A stretch of 32,000 nt of DNA. It comes from Devosia nanyangense. Lineage in GTDB: Bacteria; Pseudomonadota; Alphaproteobacteria; Rhizobiales; Devosiaceae. Below the pieces are notes generated by a model. It was not told the DNA's origin. It searched no databases and worked only from the letters and a program-made list of their open reading frames with translations. Numbering within the stretch: position 1 is the first letter of the stretch; every line of letters begins with the position of its first letter. Positions 23,596-32,000 of this stretch are shown in pieces. The position numbers were made by a program, and so were the translations under genes. Location of the stretch: assembly GCA_016213505.1 (NCBI GenBank), contig JACRAF010000049.1:2045-34044 (forward strand), written 5' to 3'.

Positions 23596-25044
23596 TCAGC
23601 CGATGCGCCGGACCGCCTCGGCCGCACCGACCTCGCGCAGCAGCCTGTACTGGCGTTCTACCGTGGTGCGGAAGGTGGTGTTCTGCGCCAGCTCCGGCGA
23701 AAAAATCCGCTCCAGCGCCAGGAGGCCGCCGACCACATCCGACGGATCGACGTTTGCGAAGTCCGGCTGCAGCGGGTCCTGCACCGCGATCGGCTGGCCT
23801 TTCTCGTCGACCCCCCGCGCGTAGACCATCCACCCCGCCACCCCGAGCGCCAGCCGGTCGAACGGCGCCCCGGCGGCGAGCCGGTCGGCGATGGTGCCGA
23901 GCAGCCGCTGCGGCAGCTTCTGGCTGCCGTCCATGGCGATCTGGTAGGTGCGGTGGCGGAGCGCCGTGTTGGAATATCGCTCCAGCAGCTTTTGCCCATA
24001 GGCGTCCGTCTGCGCCTTCGGCATGCCGAGCGTCGGCGCGATCTCGTCGGCGAAGGCGTTGGCGACCAAGCGGCGGAACTCGGGCGCCGCGATCACCTGG
24101 GCGATGAACTCGTGGCCGCTGAGATAGCCGAGATAGGCCATCATCGAGTGGGTGCCGTTGAGCATCCTGAGCTTCATCCGCTCATAGGGTGCGACGTCGC
24201 CGACGAACTCGGCGCCGCCCAGCTCGAGGCGCGGCCGGGCGCCCACGAAGTTGTCCTCGATCACCCATTGCAGGAACGGCTCGGCCACCACCGGCCAGGC
24301 ATCCTCGAGCCCCAGGATGCCGGCGACCTCGGCCCGGTCGGCATCGGTGGTCGCCGGCACGATGCGGTCGATCATCGTGCCGGGGAAGGCCACGTTGTCC
24401 CGCACCCAGCGGCCGAGCCCCGGATCGATCGCCTCGGCGAATTCGGCAAACACCCGCGCCGCCACCTGGCCGTTGTGCGGGAGGTTGTCGCAGCTGAGCA
24501 CGGTGAACGGCGCAATGCCGGCCGCGCGCCGCCGGCGCAGCGCCTCGACCACCAGCCCGGCCGCTGTCGACGGATCGCGCGGGTGGGTGAGGTCGGCGGC
24601 GATCTCGGGGTGCCTCGTATCGAGCCCGCCGGTCGCGGCGTTGTAGCAATAGCCCTTCTCGGTCACCGTCAGCGAAACGATGCGCGTCGCCGGGTCGGCC
24701 ATCCGCGCCAGCAGCGCCGCCTTTTCGCGCGCCGCGTCGAGCACCTCGAGCACCGAGCCGATCACCCGGAGCGAGCGGTCGTCGCCGTCCTTGGTGAGCA
24801 CGCTGTAGAGCCCGTCCTGCGGCGCCAGCGCCTCCTTGGTGTCCGGCCGCCTGAGGCTGGCGCCGACGATGCCCCAGCTCAACTCCCGTTCCAGCAGCGT
24901 ATCGACGACCACCGCCTGGTGCGCGCGGTGGAAGGCGCCGATGCCCAGGTGCACGATCCCCGGCGTCACCGCGGCCCGGTCATAGCGGTAGCGCAGCACA
25001 CCCGGCCGCGCCGTCCCGATCGTTGTCGGCGACAGCCGTTTCAT
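23596..25044 (-). CDS. Mannitol dehydrogenase family oxidoreductase (mannitol 2-dehydrogenase / fructuronate reductase type)
   Basis: GIVHLGIGAFHRAHQAVVVD is the family's N-terminal Rossmann signature, and LSCDNLPHNG and VAFPGTMIDRIVP are also typical. The start is either the ATG at 25044 (AGGGA upstream, preferred) or the ATG at 25065 (an 8-nt overlap with the amidase stop). Confidence 0.85.
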   Translation of the reverse strand: MKRLSPTTIGTARPGVLRYRYDRAAVTPGIVHLGIGAFHRAHQAVVVDTLLERELSWGIVGASLRRPDTKEALAPQDGLYSVLTKDGDDRSLRVIGSVLEVLDAAREKAALLARMADPATRIVSLTVTEKGYCYNAATGGLDTRHPEIAADLTHPRDPSTAAGLVVEALRRRRAAGIAPFTVLSCDNLPHNGQVAARVFAEFAEAIDPGLGRWVRDNVAFPGTMIDRIVPATTDADRAEVAGILGLEDAWPVVAEPFLQWVIEDNFVGARPRLELGGAEFVGDVAPYERMKLRMLNGTHSMMAYLGYLSGHEFIAQVIAAPEFRRLVANAFADEIAPTLGMPKAQTDAYGQKLLERYSNTALRHRTYQIAMDGSQKLPQRLLGTIADRLAAGAPFDRLALGVAGWMVYARGVDEKGQPIAVQDPLQPDFANVDPSDVVGGLLALERIFSPELAQNTTFRTTVERQYRLLREVGAAEAVRRIG

Positions 25045-25057
25045 CGGCGGCGATCCC

Positions 25058-26451
25058 TCATGCATCGGCGAAGCCGCGCGCCACCGGGGCGTTTGCGGTG
25101 CCGGTCTTTTCCAGCTGGCGCGCCACGCGCAGCGCGAAATCCTCGCGCCAGGGCGCGGCGATCACCTGCACCCCGAGCGGCAGCTTGTGGCCCTCGATCC
25201 AGATCGGCGCCACCGCCACCGGCAGGCCGATGAACGAGATCGGCTGGGTGAAGATCCCCATATTCGGCCGCACCGGCATCTCGACGCCGCCGAACATCGC
25301 CGTCTTCTGCCCGAGTTTGGGCGCGCGCATCGGCGTCGCCGGCGCGAGGATGATGTCAACCTCCTCGAACAGCTTCAGCATCTCGTCGTGATAGACCCGC
25401 CGGAATTTCTGCGCCGTCTCGACCCAGCCGGCCGGCAGCAGCGCCCCGGCCAGCAGCCGGTCGCGCACGTCCGGATCGAAATCCTGCGGCCGCGTGCGCA
25501 ACCGTTCGAGATGGAGGTTCGACCCTTCCGCCATGGTAATGAGGAAAGCCGCAGCGCGCGCCGTCTGGGCCTCCGGAACGGTGATCTTGCGGGTGACCTC
25601 GAGCGCCTTGGCGACGTGCGCCATCACCTCGCGCACCTCGGTGTCGCCGGTGAAATAGCCATCGGCGACGGCGATCCTGAGGCCGGCGCTGCCGCGCTCC
25701 AGCCGGCCCGACACCGCTTCGAGCGGCACTTGATGCTCGCCGGATCGGCCTCGTCGAAGCCCTGCATGGCGTCGTAGCTCAGCGCCAGGTCTTCCACCGA
25801 GCGCGCCAGCGGCCCCAGATGATCGAGGCTCGCCACGAACGGGAACGTACCGTGCCGGCTGAGCCGCCCATAGGTCGGCTTCAGCCCGAACAGACCGCAC
25901 AGCGATGACGGCACGCGGATCGAGCCGTTGGTGTCCGAGCCGAGCGCCAGCGGCACGAGGCCTGCCGCCACCGCCGTCGCCGAGCCGCCCGAGGAGCCGC
26001 CCGACATGTGGCCGAGATCGTGCGGGTTGCGCGACGGCCCGTCATGGGCGTTCTCGCCGGTGAAATCGTAGGCGTATTCGCCCATGTTGAGCGCGCCGAC
26101 GCAGATGGCGCCCGCCGCTTCGAGCTTTTCGATCAGCGCCGCGTCGGCCTTGGCCGGCTGGCTCTCGCGGTTGATCTTGCTGCCGGCCCGGGTCCTGAGG
26201 CCGGCGATATCGAACAGGTTCTTGGCCCCGAACGGCACCCCCGCGAGCGGCAGCTTCTTGCCGGCCTGCACGGCGACATCGACCGCCTCGGCGTGGGCCA
26301 CCGCGCGGTCCTTGAGCACGTCGGTGAAGGCGCCCAGCCGCTCATTGTTGGCTTCGATCCGCCCCAGAGCCGCGGCCACCACGTGGCGCGCCGTCGTCTC
26401 CCCGCCCCGCACCGCCCTGGCGATTTCGGCTATCCCGGCCGTTGACTTCAT
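25058..26451 (-). pseudogene. AtzE-like amidase-signature amidohydrolase, disrupted by a frameshift at about 25735-25746 (or a sequencing error)
   Basis: The N-terminal part (frame of track ORF 25624..26811, starting MKSTAGIAE at 26451) carries the amidase signature GGSSGGSATAVAAGLVPLALGSDTNGSIRVPSSLCGLFGLKPTYG and reads sensibly up to ...AMQGFDEADPA. The C-terminal part (...QVPLEAVSGRLERGSAGLRIAVADGYF... to stop 25058) continues in another frame (track ORF 25058..25900). The total span is 1394 nt, one base short of a multiple of 3. Confidence 0.8.
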
Positions 26452-26636
26452 ACCCGGTACACCGGCGCGGCCTCGGCGTGGTCCTTGAGCGGCGTCTTGT
26501 CGAGCAGCGCCGCCATCTTCGCCGCGGTCTTGAGATTGGCTTTCACCCCGGCCCGGTATTCGGGCGCAAGCTCCAGCCGGACGATCGCCGCCATCGCGTC
26601 GATCCACTGATCGAAATCGGGTAGTTTGCTCGCCAT
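26448..26636 (-). CDS. AtzG-like small protein (DUF4089-type), predicted small subunit/partner of the AtzE-like amidase
   Basis: The 62-aa sequence MASKLPDFDQWIDAMAAIVRLELAPEYRAGVKANLKTAAKMAALLDKTPLKDHAEAAPVYRV matches my recollection of the DUF4089/AtzG pattern. Its stop overlaps the amidase start as ATGA (26448-26451). Confidence 0.65.
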   Translation of the reverse strand: MASKLPDFDQWIDAMAAIVRLELAPEYRAGVKANLKTAAKMAALLDKTPLKDHAEAAPVYRV

Positions 26637-26749
26637 ACTTAGTCTGCCCCCGGGCAGCAGCGGGCCGCCCGGAAACCATGGTAGCCGCCCTGATCCCAAG
26701 AAAACAGGCCCCGCCGCCGTCTTCCACAAAGCGGAGCCCATCAAGGGGA

Positions 26750-26781
26750 CCGCCCCACCTCGGGCGAGGCAGGGCGGTTTT
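26750..26781 (+). terminator. Intrinsic-terminator-like hairpin plus T-tract with no upstream plus-strand gene (orphan)
   Basis: CCGCCC-CA-CCTC-GGGC-GAGG-CA-GGGCGG (26750-26777) is followed by TTTT (26778-81). The stem has 10 G:C-rich pairs and one 2x2 internal mismatch. Confidence 0.35.
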
Positions 26782-26977
26782 CAAGGTCAACGATCGTTCG
26801 GGGACGCGCATTGAACGCGCTCGACCGCTCCTGGTTGCCTCGAACCGGCGATTTCTTCAGGCCCCGTCAACCATCCCCGTCGCAAAGCGCGCTCCGCGGC
26901 CCGGCTCCGGCCGCCGCTAAGCCAAACTTAAGCCATGGTCCGCAACTCTGAGGGCTCCAAGACCCAGAAGGGCCTCA

Positions 26978-29650
26978 ATGAGCGTCGAGACTTTTCGCCG
27001 GACCCTCGCAGCGGCGTTCCGGCCGACCAATCTGATCGTGGCGATCGGCGTCGTGGTCGTGCTCGGCTCGGCGATTTTCGCCGACGTCCAGAACCGGACC
27101 GTCGAAGAGCAGCAGCTGCGCGGCTCGGTGAGCGGCACGGTCAGCGTGCTCAGGGCCCGGCTCGAAGGCAACATCAACGGCAATATGCAGCTGCTGCGCG
27201 GCCTCGTGGGCGCGCTGAGCGTCGACCCCAACATGTCGCAGCCGCGCTTTTCCGCCATCGCCCGCTCGCTGTTTGCCGACCATTCGCAGGTCCGCGACGT
27301 CGCCGGCGCCCCCGGGCTGAAAGTGGCGCTGCTCTATCCAGTGCAGGGCAACGAGAAGCTGCTGGGCGCCGCCTATGGAGCGGTCGACGCCCAGCGCACC
27401 GCGATCCTCCAGCAGCGCGACGTACGCGGCGTGGTTCTCGCCGGGCCGGTCGATCTGGCCAAAGGCGGGCGTGGTTTCGTCGGCCGCTTTCCGGTTTTCG
27501 TCGATGGTCCGGCGATCAAGCCCTATTTCTGGGGCGTCGCGACCGCCGTCGTCGATGCCGAAAAGCTCTACCGCGACAGCGGCCTGCTCGATCCCGGTCT
27601 CGGTGTCGACGTCGCCATCCGCGGTCCCGACGGCAGCGGCGCCGCGGGCGGCATCTTCTTCGGCTCGGCCGACCTGCTCGACGACCGCCCGATCGTCGCC
27701 GACGTGACGCTGCCCACCGGCTCGTGGCAGATTCTCGCCCGGCCCAGTGTCGGCTGGGTCGCCGCGCTGCCCAATCCGCTGGGCTTTCGCCTCCTGATCT
27801 CGCTCGCCGGTGCGCTGGTGCTGGTCCCGCTGTTCGTCGCCCGCCGCCTCGTCAACGAGCGGCAGCGCCACATCGGCGCGCTGCGCGAACGCGAGCATCA
27901 GCTCGATGTGCTCTCGCGCCGGCTGGCCCTGGCGCTCGACACCTCCGAGGTCGGCGTGTGGGAATACAACATCATCACCGACCAGCTGGTCTGGGACGAT
28001 CGCATGAACGAGCTCTACGGCCTGCCCCGGGACGGCCAGGAGCGCAATTACGGCCACTGGAAGGCTGCGTTGCACCCCGATGATCTCGACCGTGCCGAAG
28101 CGGATTTCACCGCCGCAGTGACGGCCCGCGGCCGCTACGTCTCCGAATACCGTCTGCGCCTGCCCGACGGCCAGGACCGCATCATCCGCGCCATCGGCGC
28201 CTGCTACCGCGATGCCGACGGCTCGGTCCGCATCGTCGGCGTCAACTGGGACGTCACCGCCGACGTCGCCATCCGCGAAGATCTCGAGCACGCCAAGGCG
28301 CTGACCGAGGCCCGCAACGCCGAACTCGAGGCGGCGACCGAGCGGATCGAGCACAATTCGCTGCACGACGCGCTGACCAAGCTGCCCAACCGCCGCTTCC
28401 TCGACAAATTCCTCGAAGAACGCGCCGCGGCCTGCCACGCGGACGGCTCGGGCATTGCGCTGCTCCACATCGATCTCGACCGCTTCAAGCACATCAACGA
28501 CACGCTCGGCCATGCCGCCGGCGACGCCATGCTGGTGCACGCCGCCAATGTGCTGCGTGCCAATGTCCGCGCCGAGGATTTCGTCGCCCGCATCGGCGGC
28601 GACGAGTTCGTCGTGGTCAGCGCGCTGCGCCGCGGCCGCCGCGACCTGACCCGGTTGGCGAGCCGCATCATCGCCGACATGCGCGAGCCGCTGCCCTATC
28701 TGGGCCACGAGTGCCGCTGCGGCGTTTCCGTGGGCGTCGCCTATCAGCGCGGCGACAAGGTCGACGACAAGCGCCTGCTGATCGACGCCGATATCGCGCT
28801 CTATCGCGCCAAGCGCCGCGGCCGCAATCGCCACGAATTCTTCACCGAGGCGCTGCAGGCCGAGATCGTCTCGGCCAAGCACATGGCCGACGACATCCTG
28901 AGCGGCATCGAGCAGGGCCAGTTCGTCGCCTGGTACCAGCCGCAGTTCGACGCCAAGACCCACGCCATCAGCGGCGTCGAGGCGCTGGCCCGCTGGGAGC
29001 ATCCGGTCCGCGGCGTGGTCGCGCCCGATCTCTTCCTGCCCATCGCCGAGGAGCTCAACGTCGTCGCCACCATCGACCGCATGATCCTCGAACAGACGCT
29101 GGGCTGGATGCGCCGCTGGCGCGCCGAGGGGCTGGTCGTGCCGCGCGCCTCGGTCAACGTCTCGGGCCGCAGGCTGCGCGACGAGGACCTCATCAAGAGC
29201 CTCAAAAGGCTCGACATCGAACCCGGCACGATTTCCTTCGAGCTGGTCGAATCCATCTATCTCGACGAGAGCGACGACACCGTCGCCTTCAACATCGACC
29301 ACATCCGCGAACTCGGCATCGACATCGAGATCGACGATTTCGGCACCGGCTATGCCTCGATCGTGAGCCTCTTGAAGCTCCAGCCGCGGCGGCTCAAGAT
29401 CGACCGCCAGCTGGTGATGCCGCTGCTCGGCTCCGAGAGCCAGCGCCGGCTCATCGCCTCGATCGTCGACATCGGCCATTCGCTCGGCATTTCGGTGGTC
29501 GCCGAGGGCGTCGAAACCCACGAGCACGCCCGGCTTCTCACTGAACTGGACTGCGACACGCTGCAGGGCTACGCCTTCGCCAAGCCGCTGAGCCCCGCCG
29601 GCATCGAGCGCTTCATCGCCAATTGGCAGAAGAAGCAGCAGGCGGCGTAG
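26978..29650 (+). CDS. Membrane c-di-GMP turnover protein: periplasmic CHASE-type sensor, TM, PAS, GGDEF and EAL domains
   Basis: TM1 is LIVAIGVVVVLGSAIFA, followed by a periplasmic domain of about 230 aa and TM2 LLISLAGALVLVPLFVA. A PAS/PAC region follows (VGVWEYNIITDQLVWDDRMNELYG...HPDD...). The GGDEF domain has an I-site (RAEDFVARIGGDEF). The EAL domain has EALARW, DDFGTGYAS, KIDRQLV, EGVET and QGYAFAKP. Confidence 0.9.
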   Translation: MSVETFRRTLAAAFRPTNLIVAIGVVVVLGSAIFADVQNRTVEEQQLRGSVSGTVSVLRARLEGNINGNMQLLRGLVGALSVDPNMSQPRFSAIARSLFADHSQVRDVAGAPGLKVALLYPVQGNEKLLGAAYGAVDAQRTAILQQRDVRGVVLAGPVDLAKGGRGFVGRFPVFVDGPAIKPYFWGVATAVVDAEKLYRDSGLLDPGLGVDVAIRGPDGSGAAGGIFFGSADLLDDRPIVADVTLPTGSWQILARPSVGWVAALPNPLGFRLLISLAGALVLVPLFVARRLVNERQRHIGALREREHQLDVLSRRLALALDTSEVGVWEYNIITDQLVWDDRMNELYGLPRDGQERNYGHWKAALHPDDLDRAEADFTAAVTARGRYVSEYRLRLPDGQDRIIRAIGACYRDADGSVRIVGVNWDVTADVAIREDLEHAKALTEARNAELEAATERIEHNSLHDALTKLPNRRFLDKFLEERAAACHADGSGIALLHIDLDRFKHINDTLGHAAGDAMLVHAANVLRANVRAEDFVARIGGDEFVVVSALRRGRRDLTRLASRIIADMREPLPYLGHECRCGVSVGVAYQRGDKVDDKRLLIDADIALYRAKRRGRNRHEFFTEALQAEIVSAKHMADDILSGIEQGQFVAWYQPQFDAKTHAISGVEALARWEHPVRGVVAPDLFLPIAEELNVVATIDRMILEQTLGWMRRWRAEGLVVPRASVNVSGRRLRDEDLIKSLKRLDIEPGTISFELVESIYLDESDDTVAFNIDHIRELGIDIEIDDFGTGYASIVSLLKLQPRRLKIDRQLVMPLLGSESQRRLIASIVDIGHSLGISVVAEGVETHEHARLLTELDCDTLQGYAFAKPLSPAGIERFIANWQKKQQAA

Positions 29651-29689
29651 AGTGTTGCTTTAGTTCATGCGGGCCACGCGCCAGGCTCT

Positions 29690-29925
29690 CGGTGGGGAGC
29701 AGTCGGCATCGAGCGCGCCCTCGCCCCCCTCCCCAGCTCTGCTACGGACCTGAAGGTCCTAGCGTCGCTACCCTCCCCGCGCCGGGGGAGGGTGCCCCGA
29801 CTGCCCACGGCAGCGAGTCTCTCAGTCAGCACCCCACCTCCCCCCTTGCGGGGGAGGAAGCGAGATAGGACTTAGCGTCAGCTAGGTCCGTGATCGAGCA
29901 GGCGGGGGGAGCAGTCGGCACGGAG
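29690..29925. repeat. Composite palindromic intergenic repeat, copy B (same two unit types as copy A, inverted orientation, unit order swapped)
   Basis: Unit X (about 29697-29806) matches the reverse complement of about 504-605: CGCCCCCCTCCC(C/T)AGCTCTGCTACGGACC..GGTCCTAGCGTCGCTACCCTCCCCGCG. Unit Y (about 29821-29923) matches the reverse complement of about 593-696, and 29830-29876 is identical to the reverse complement of 640-686. It lies between convergent genes. Confidence 0.85.
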
Positions 29926-29942
29926 CCTGATAGAACTACGTC

Positions 29943-31064
29943 CTACTCGGCCACCGGCACCCACATCACCTGGTCGATCCGGCTGGCGCCGGTCGCCAGC
30001 ATCACCAGCCGGTCGAAGCCCAGCGCCACCCCGCTCGCTTCCGGCATGATTGCGAGCGCAGCGAGGAAATCCTCGTCCACCGGATAGCGCTCGCCATAGA
30101 TGCGCTGTTTTTCGTCCATCTCGGCCGCGAACCGCCGCCGCTGCTCGGCGGCATCGGTCAATTCCCCGAAACCGTTGGCGAGCTCGACGCCGCACGCGTA
30201 GATCTCGAACCGCTCCGCCACCCGCTTGTCGTCGGCGGTCCGGCGCGCCAGCGCCGCCTCGGCCGACGGATAGCGGTCGAGGATCGTCACCCGCCCGTTG
30301 CCGAGCTTGGGCTCGACCAGCTCGACCAGCATCCGGCTGAACAGGTACGACCACGTGGTGTCCGCCGGCACCGCGATCCCGACCGTCCGCATCTGCGCCG
30401 CCAGCGCGTCGCCGTCGGTCGCGCCGTCGTCGTCCATTGTCGCCAGGAGGTCGATCCCGGCGTAGCGCACGAACGCCTCGACCACGCTCAGCCGCTCCGG
30501 CTCGGCGAACGGGTCGGCCGCGCGGTCGCGGTAGCGCAGCGCCCTGGCTCCCGTCGTCTGGGCCGCGAGCCCGATCATCCGCACGCAGTCGGCGATCACC
30601 GCGTCGTAGGGCTCGCCCGCCCGGTACCATTCGAGCATGGTGAATTCCGGATGGTGCAGCGGCCCGCGCTCGCGGTTCCGCCACACATGCCCAAAACTGG
30701 CGATCCGCTGTTCGCCTGCCGCGAGGAGCTTCTTCATCGAGAATTCCGGCGAGGTGTGGAGGTACCGCGTCTGGCCCACCCCGTCATTGCCGATGGCGGT
30801 GGTGGCGAAGGCGTGCAGGTGCGTCTCGTTGCCCGGCGAGCGCTGCAGCCCGGGCGGGTCGACCATGACGAATTCCTCGCCCGCAAGGTAGCCCCGGAGC
30901 GCCGCCTCGATGCGGTTGCGCGCCAGCAGCGCCGGCCGGCGGTCGGCATGAGCGGCGGGGGTCCACCAGGGTGAAACCGGCGGCGAGGGGGGATTGGACG
31001 GCAAGGGCGGCGTCTTTCGTGCTCGGGACTGGCGGTTTTGCCGGATTTGCGCTATCGGCGGCAC
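29943..31064 (-). CDS. epmA: EF-P--(R)-beta-lysine ligase (EpmA/GenX/PoxA, class II LysRS paralog). Start uncertain.
   Basis: [43 protein letters not shown] and [12 protein letters not shown] are class II aaRS motifs 1-3 in the truncated GenX arrangement. It is divergent from efp. The start is either GTG 31064 (track) or TTG 31004; the conserved region begins around WWTP. Confidence 0.85.
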   Translation of the reverse strand: MPPIAQIRQNRQSRARKTPPLPSNPPSPPVSPWWTPAAHADRRPALLARNRIEAALRGYLAGEEFVMVDPPGLQRSPGNETHLHAFATTAIGNDGVGQTRYLHTSPEFSMKKLLAAGEQRIASFGHVWRNRERGPLHHPEFTMLEWYRAGEPYDAVIADCVRMIGLAAQTTGARALRYRDRAADPFAEPERLSVVEAFVRYAGIDLLATMDDDGATDGDALAAQMRTVGIAVPADTTWSYLFSRMLVELVEPKLGNGRVTILDRYPSAEAALARRTADDKRVAERFEIYACGVELANGFGELTDAAEQRRRFAAEMDEKQRIYGERYPVDEDFLAALAIMPEASGVALGFDRLVMLATGASRIDQVMWVPVAE

Positions 31065-31127
31065 CGAAACAAACGATCGGCGGGTCCGCCTCTAGGCTGC
31101 CGGAACCGCCCGGACAAGGAAGAAGTA

Positions 31128-31697
31128 ATGGTCAAGGTCATCGCGTCGTCGCTGCGCAAAGGCAACGTCGTCGAGCAGGACGGTAATCTGCACATCATCC
31201 TGACGGCGGAAAACATCCACCCCGGCAAGGGCAATTCGGTGACCAACGTCAACATGCGCCGCATGTCCGACGGCGTGAAGGTCGTTGGCCGCTGGCGCAC
31301 CGTCGAAATGGTCGAAAAGGCCGATGTCGACGAGCGCGAGTACCAGTTCCTCTACAATGACGGCGAGGGCTACCACTTCATGGAGCCCACCACCTTCGAG
31401 CAGATCGCGGTCCCCGAGGACATCATCGGCGAGCAGCATGTGTTTCTGCAGGACGGCATGAAGGTCTACATGAAGACCTTCAACGGCAACGCGGTCGCCA
31501 TCGAGCTTCCGGCCCGCGTCACCCTTGAAATCGTCGAGACCGAGCCGGTGGTGAAGGGCCAGACCGCCTCCTCCTCGTTCAAGACCGCCATCCTCTCGAA
31601 CGGCGCCAAGACCATGGTGCCGCCCCATATCGGAGTGGGCACCCGCGTCGTGGTGATGACCGAGGACGGGTCCTACGTCGAGCGCGCCAAGGACTGA
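31128..31697 (+). CDS. efp: Elongation factor P
   Basis: [38 protein letters not shown]... has the PGKG loop (the Lys modified by EpmA) and is 189 aa. The ATG at 31128 follows GGAAGAAG. The track start at 31038 is upstream of the conserved N-terminus. Confidence 0.95.
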   Translation: MVKVIASSLRKGNVVEQDGNLHIILTAENIHPGKGNSVTNVNMRRMSDGVKVVGRWRTVEMVEKADVDEREYQFLYNDGEGYHFMEPTTFEQIAVPEDIIGEQHVFLQDGMKVYMKTFNGNAVAIELPARVTLEIVETEPVVKGQTASSSFKTAILSNGAKTMVPPHIGVGTRVVVMTEDGSYVERAKD

Positions 31698-31799
31698 GAC
31701 CCACCTTCGGTCACCATCGTTCGCCGGCCGGTGCTTGCTCCGTCCGGCGCCGTTTCCTATGTTTGGCTCTTCCGCAGCTTTGATGGCGGGGACGACAGC

Positions 31800-32000
31800 A
31801 TGGAACTCGACGCCAAACTCCGGTCCGTTGTGGGCCTGCGCGCCAACATTCCCGACGACGCCTTCACCGCCGGCGCGCTGGGGACGCGGCGCGAGGGCAG
31901 CGGCGTGGTCATTTCCGATCGCGGGCTGGTGCTCACCATCGGCTATTTGATCACCGAGGCCGAGGAGGTGTGGCTCACCACCCAGGACGGCCGCGTGATC
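31800..32000 (+). CDS. Trypsin-like (S1-family) serine protease, N-terminal fragment. It continues past the window end.
   Basis: The ATG at 31800 opens a frame to the window end with high GC3. The translation MELDAKLRSVVGLRANIPDDAFTAGALGTRREGSGVVISDRGLVLTIGYLITEAEEVWLTTQDGRVI fits the N-terminal barrel of small DegP-like S1 proteases (G-SGVVIS..G.vLT..h). It is not in the supplied track, which lists a different-frame ORF at 31735..31950 that I regard as spurious. Confidence 0.5.
   Translation, partial: MELDAKLRSVVGLRANIPDDAFTAGALGTRREGSGVVISDRGLVLTIGYLITEAEEVWLTTQDGRVI

Noticed and set aside
25058-26811. Treating track ORFs 25058..25900 and 25624..26811 as two separate overlapping genes.
   Set aside because: Together they reconstruct one colinear amidase-signature enzyme of normal length (about 464 aa) if one base is restored near 25740. 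Each fragment's out-of-homology portion is low-complexity shadow sequence.
504-29925. The idea that the two inverted repeat clusters are terminal inverted repeats of a 29-kb composite transposon or genomic island.
   Set aside because: There is no transposase, integrase, tRNA or target-site duplication. The interior contains core genes (infA, uup-like) at host GC. The units are modular and shuffled, as in REP/BIME-like dispersed repeats. I kept only the idea that they are a possible recombination substrate.
1-32000. Looked for CRISPR arrays, rRNA/tRNA genes, IS elements, prophage genes and toxin-antitoxin pairs.
   Set aside because: I saw no regularly spaced direct repeats, no cloverleaf-like or rRNA-like conserved stretches in intergenic gaps, and no transposase, integrase, capsid or terminase-like translations in any frame. 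Small structured RNAs cannot be excluded by eye.

Overview
All domain calls below come from motif recognition by eye. No BLAST or HMM search was run.

This is a high-GC bacterial chromosomal window, roughly two-thirds G+C by eye and densely coding. Gene content (divergent efp/epmA, AtzE/AtzG-like amidase pair, Rrf2, ABC-F, many GC-driven antisense shadow ORFs) suggests an alphaproteobacterium, possibly Rhizobiales/Hyphomicrobiales. That assignment is a guess. I support about 24 genes. No rRNA, tRNA, CRISPR array, transposase or integrase was recognised.

Most of the window is ordinary housekeeping or metabolism:
- LacI fragment
- uup-like ABC-F
- Rrf2 regulator
- aldo/keto reductase
- SMP-30 lactonase
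- infA
- FAH hydrolase
- sugar-binding protein
- mannitol-dehydrogenase-family enzyme
- CHASE-PAS-GGDEF-EAL protein
- epmA and efp

The stand-out region is 10785-22196. It holds five genes:
- a 1354-aa TIR / STAND P-loop NTPase / single TM helix / roughly 14-blade WD40-like propeller protein
- a secreted MORN-repeat protein 24 bp downstream
- an oppositely oriented secreted Memo-like/CapA-like fusion
- a 2-TM Rossmann/RyR-domain protein
- a signal-peptide-bearing caspase (C14) / FGE-sulfatase-like fusion, overlapping the RyR gene by 14 nt

I read this as a candidate, uncharacterised, envelope-facing conflict or programmed-death system.

Other notable items:
- a roughly 1.3 kb low-GC islet with one orphan ORF (6997-8193)
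- a small SF1B helicase translationally coupled to a FAH hydrolase
- a frameshifted AtzE-like amidase beside an intact AtzG-like partner
- two composite palindromic repeat clusters (504-696 and about 29690-29925), mutually inverted, sharing a 47-nt identical core
- an orphan terminator-like hairpin at 26750-26781
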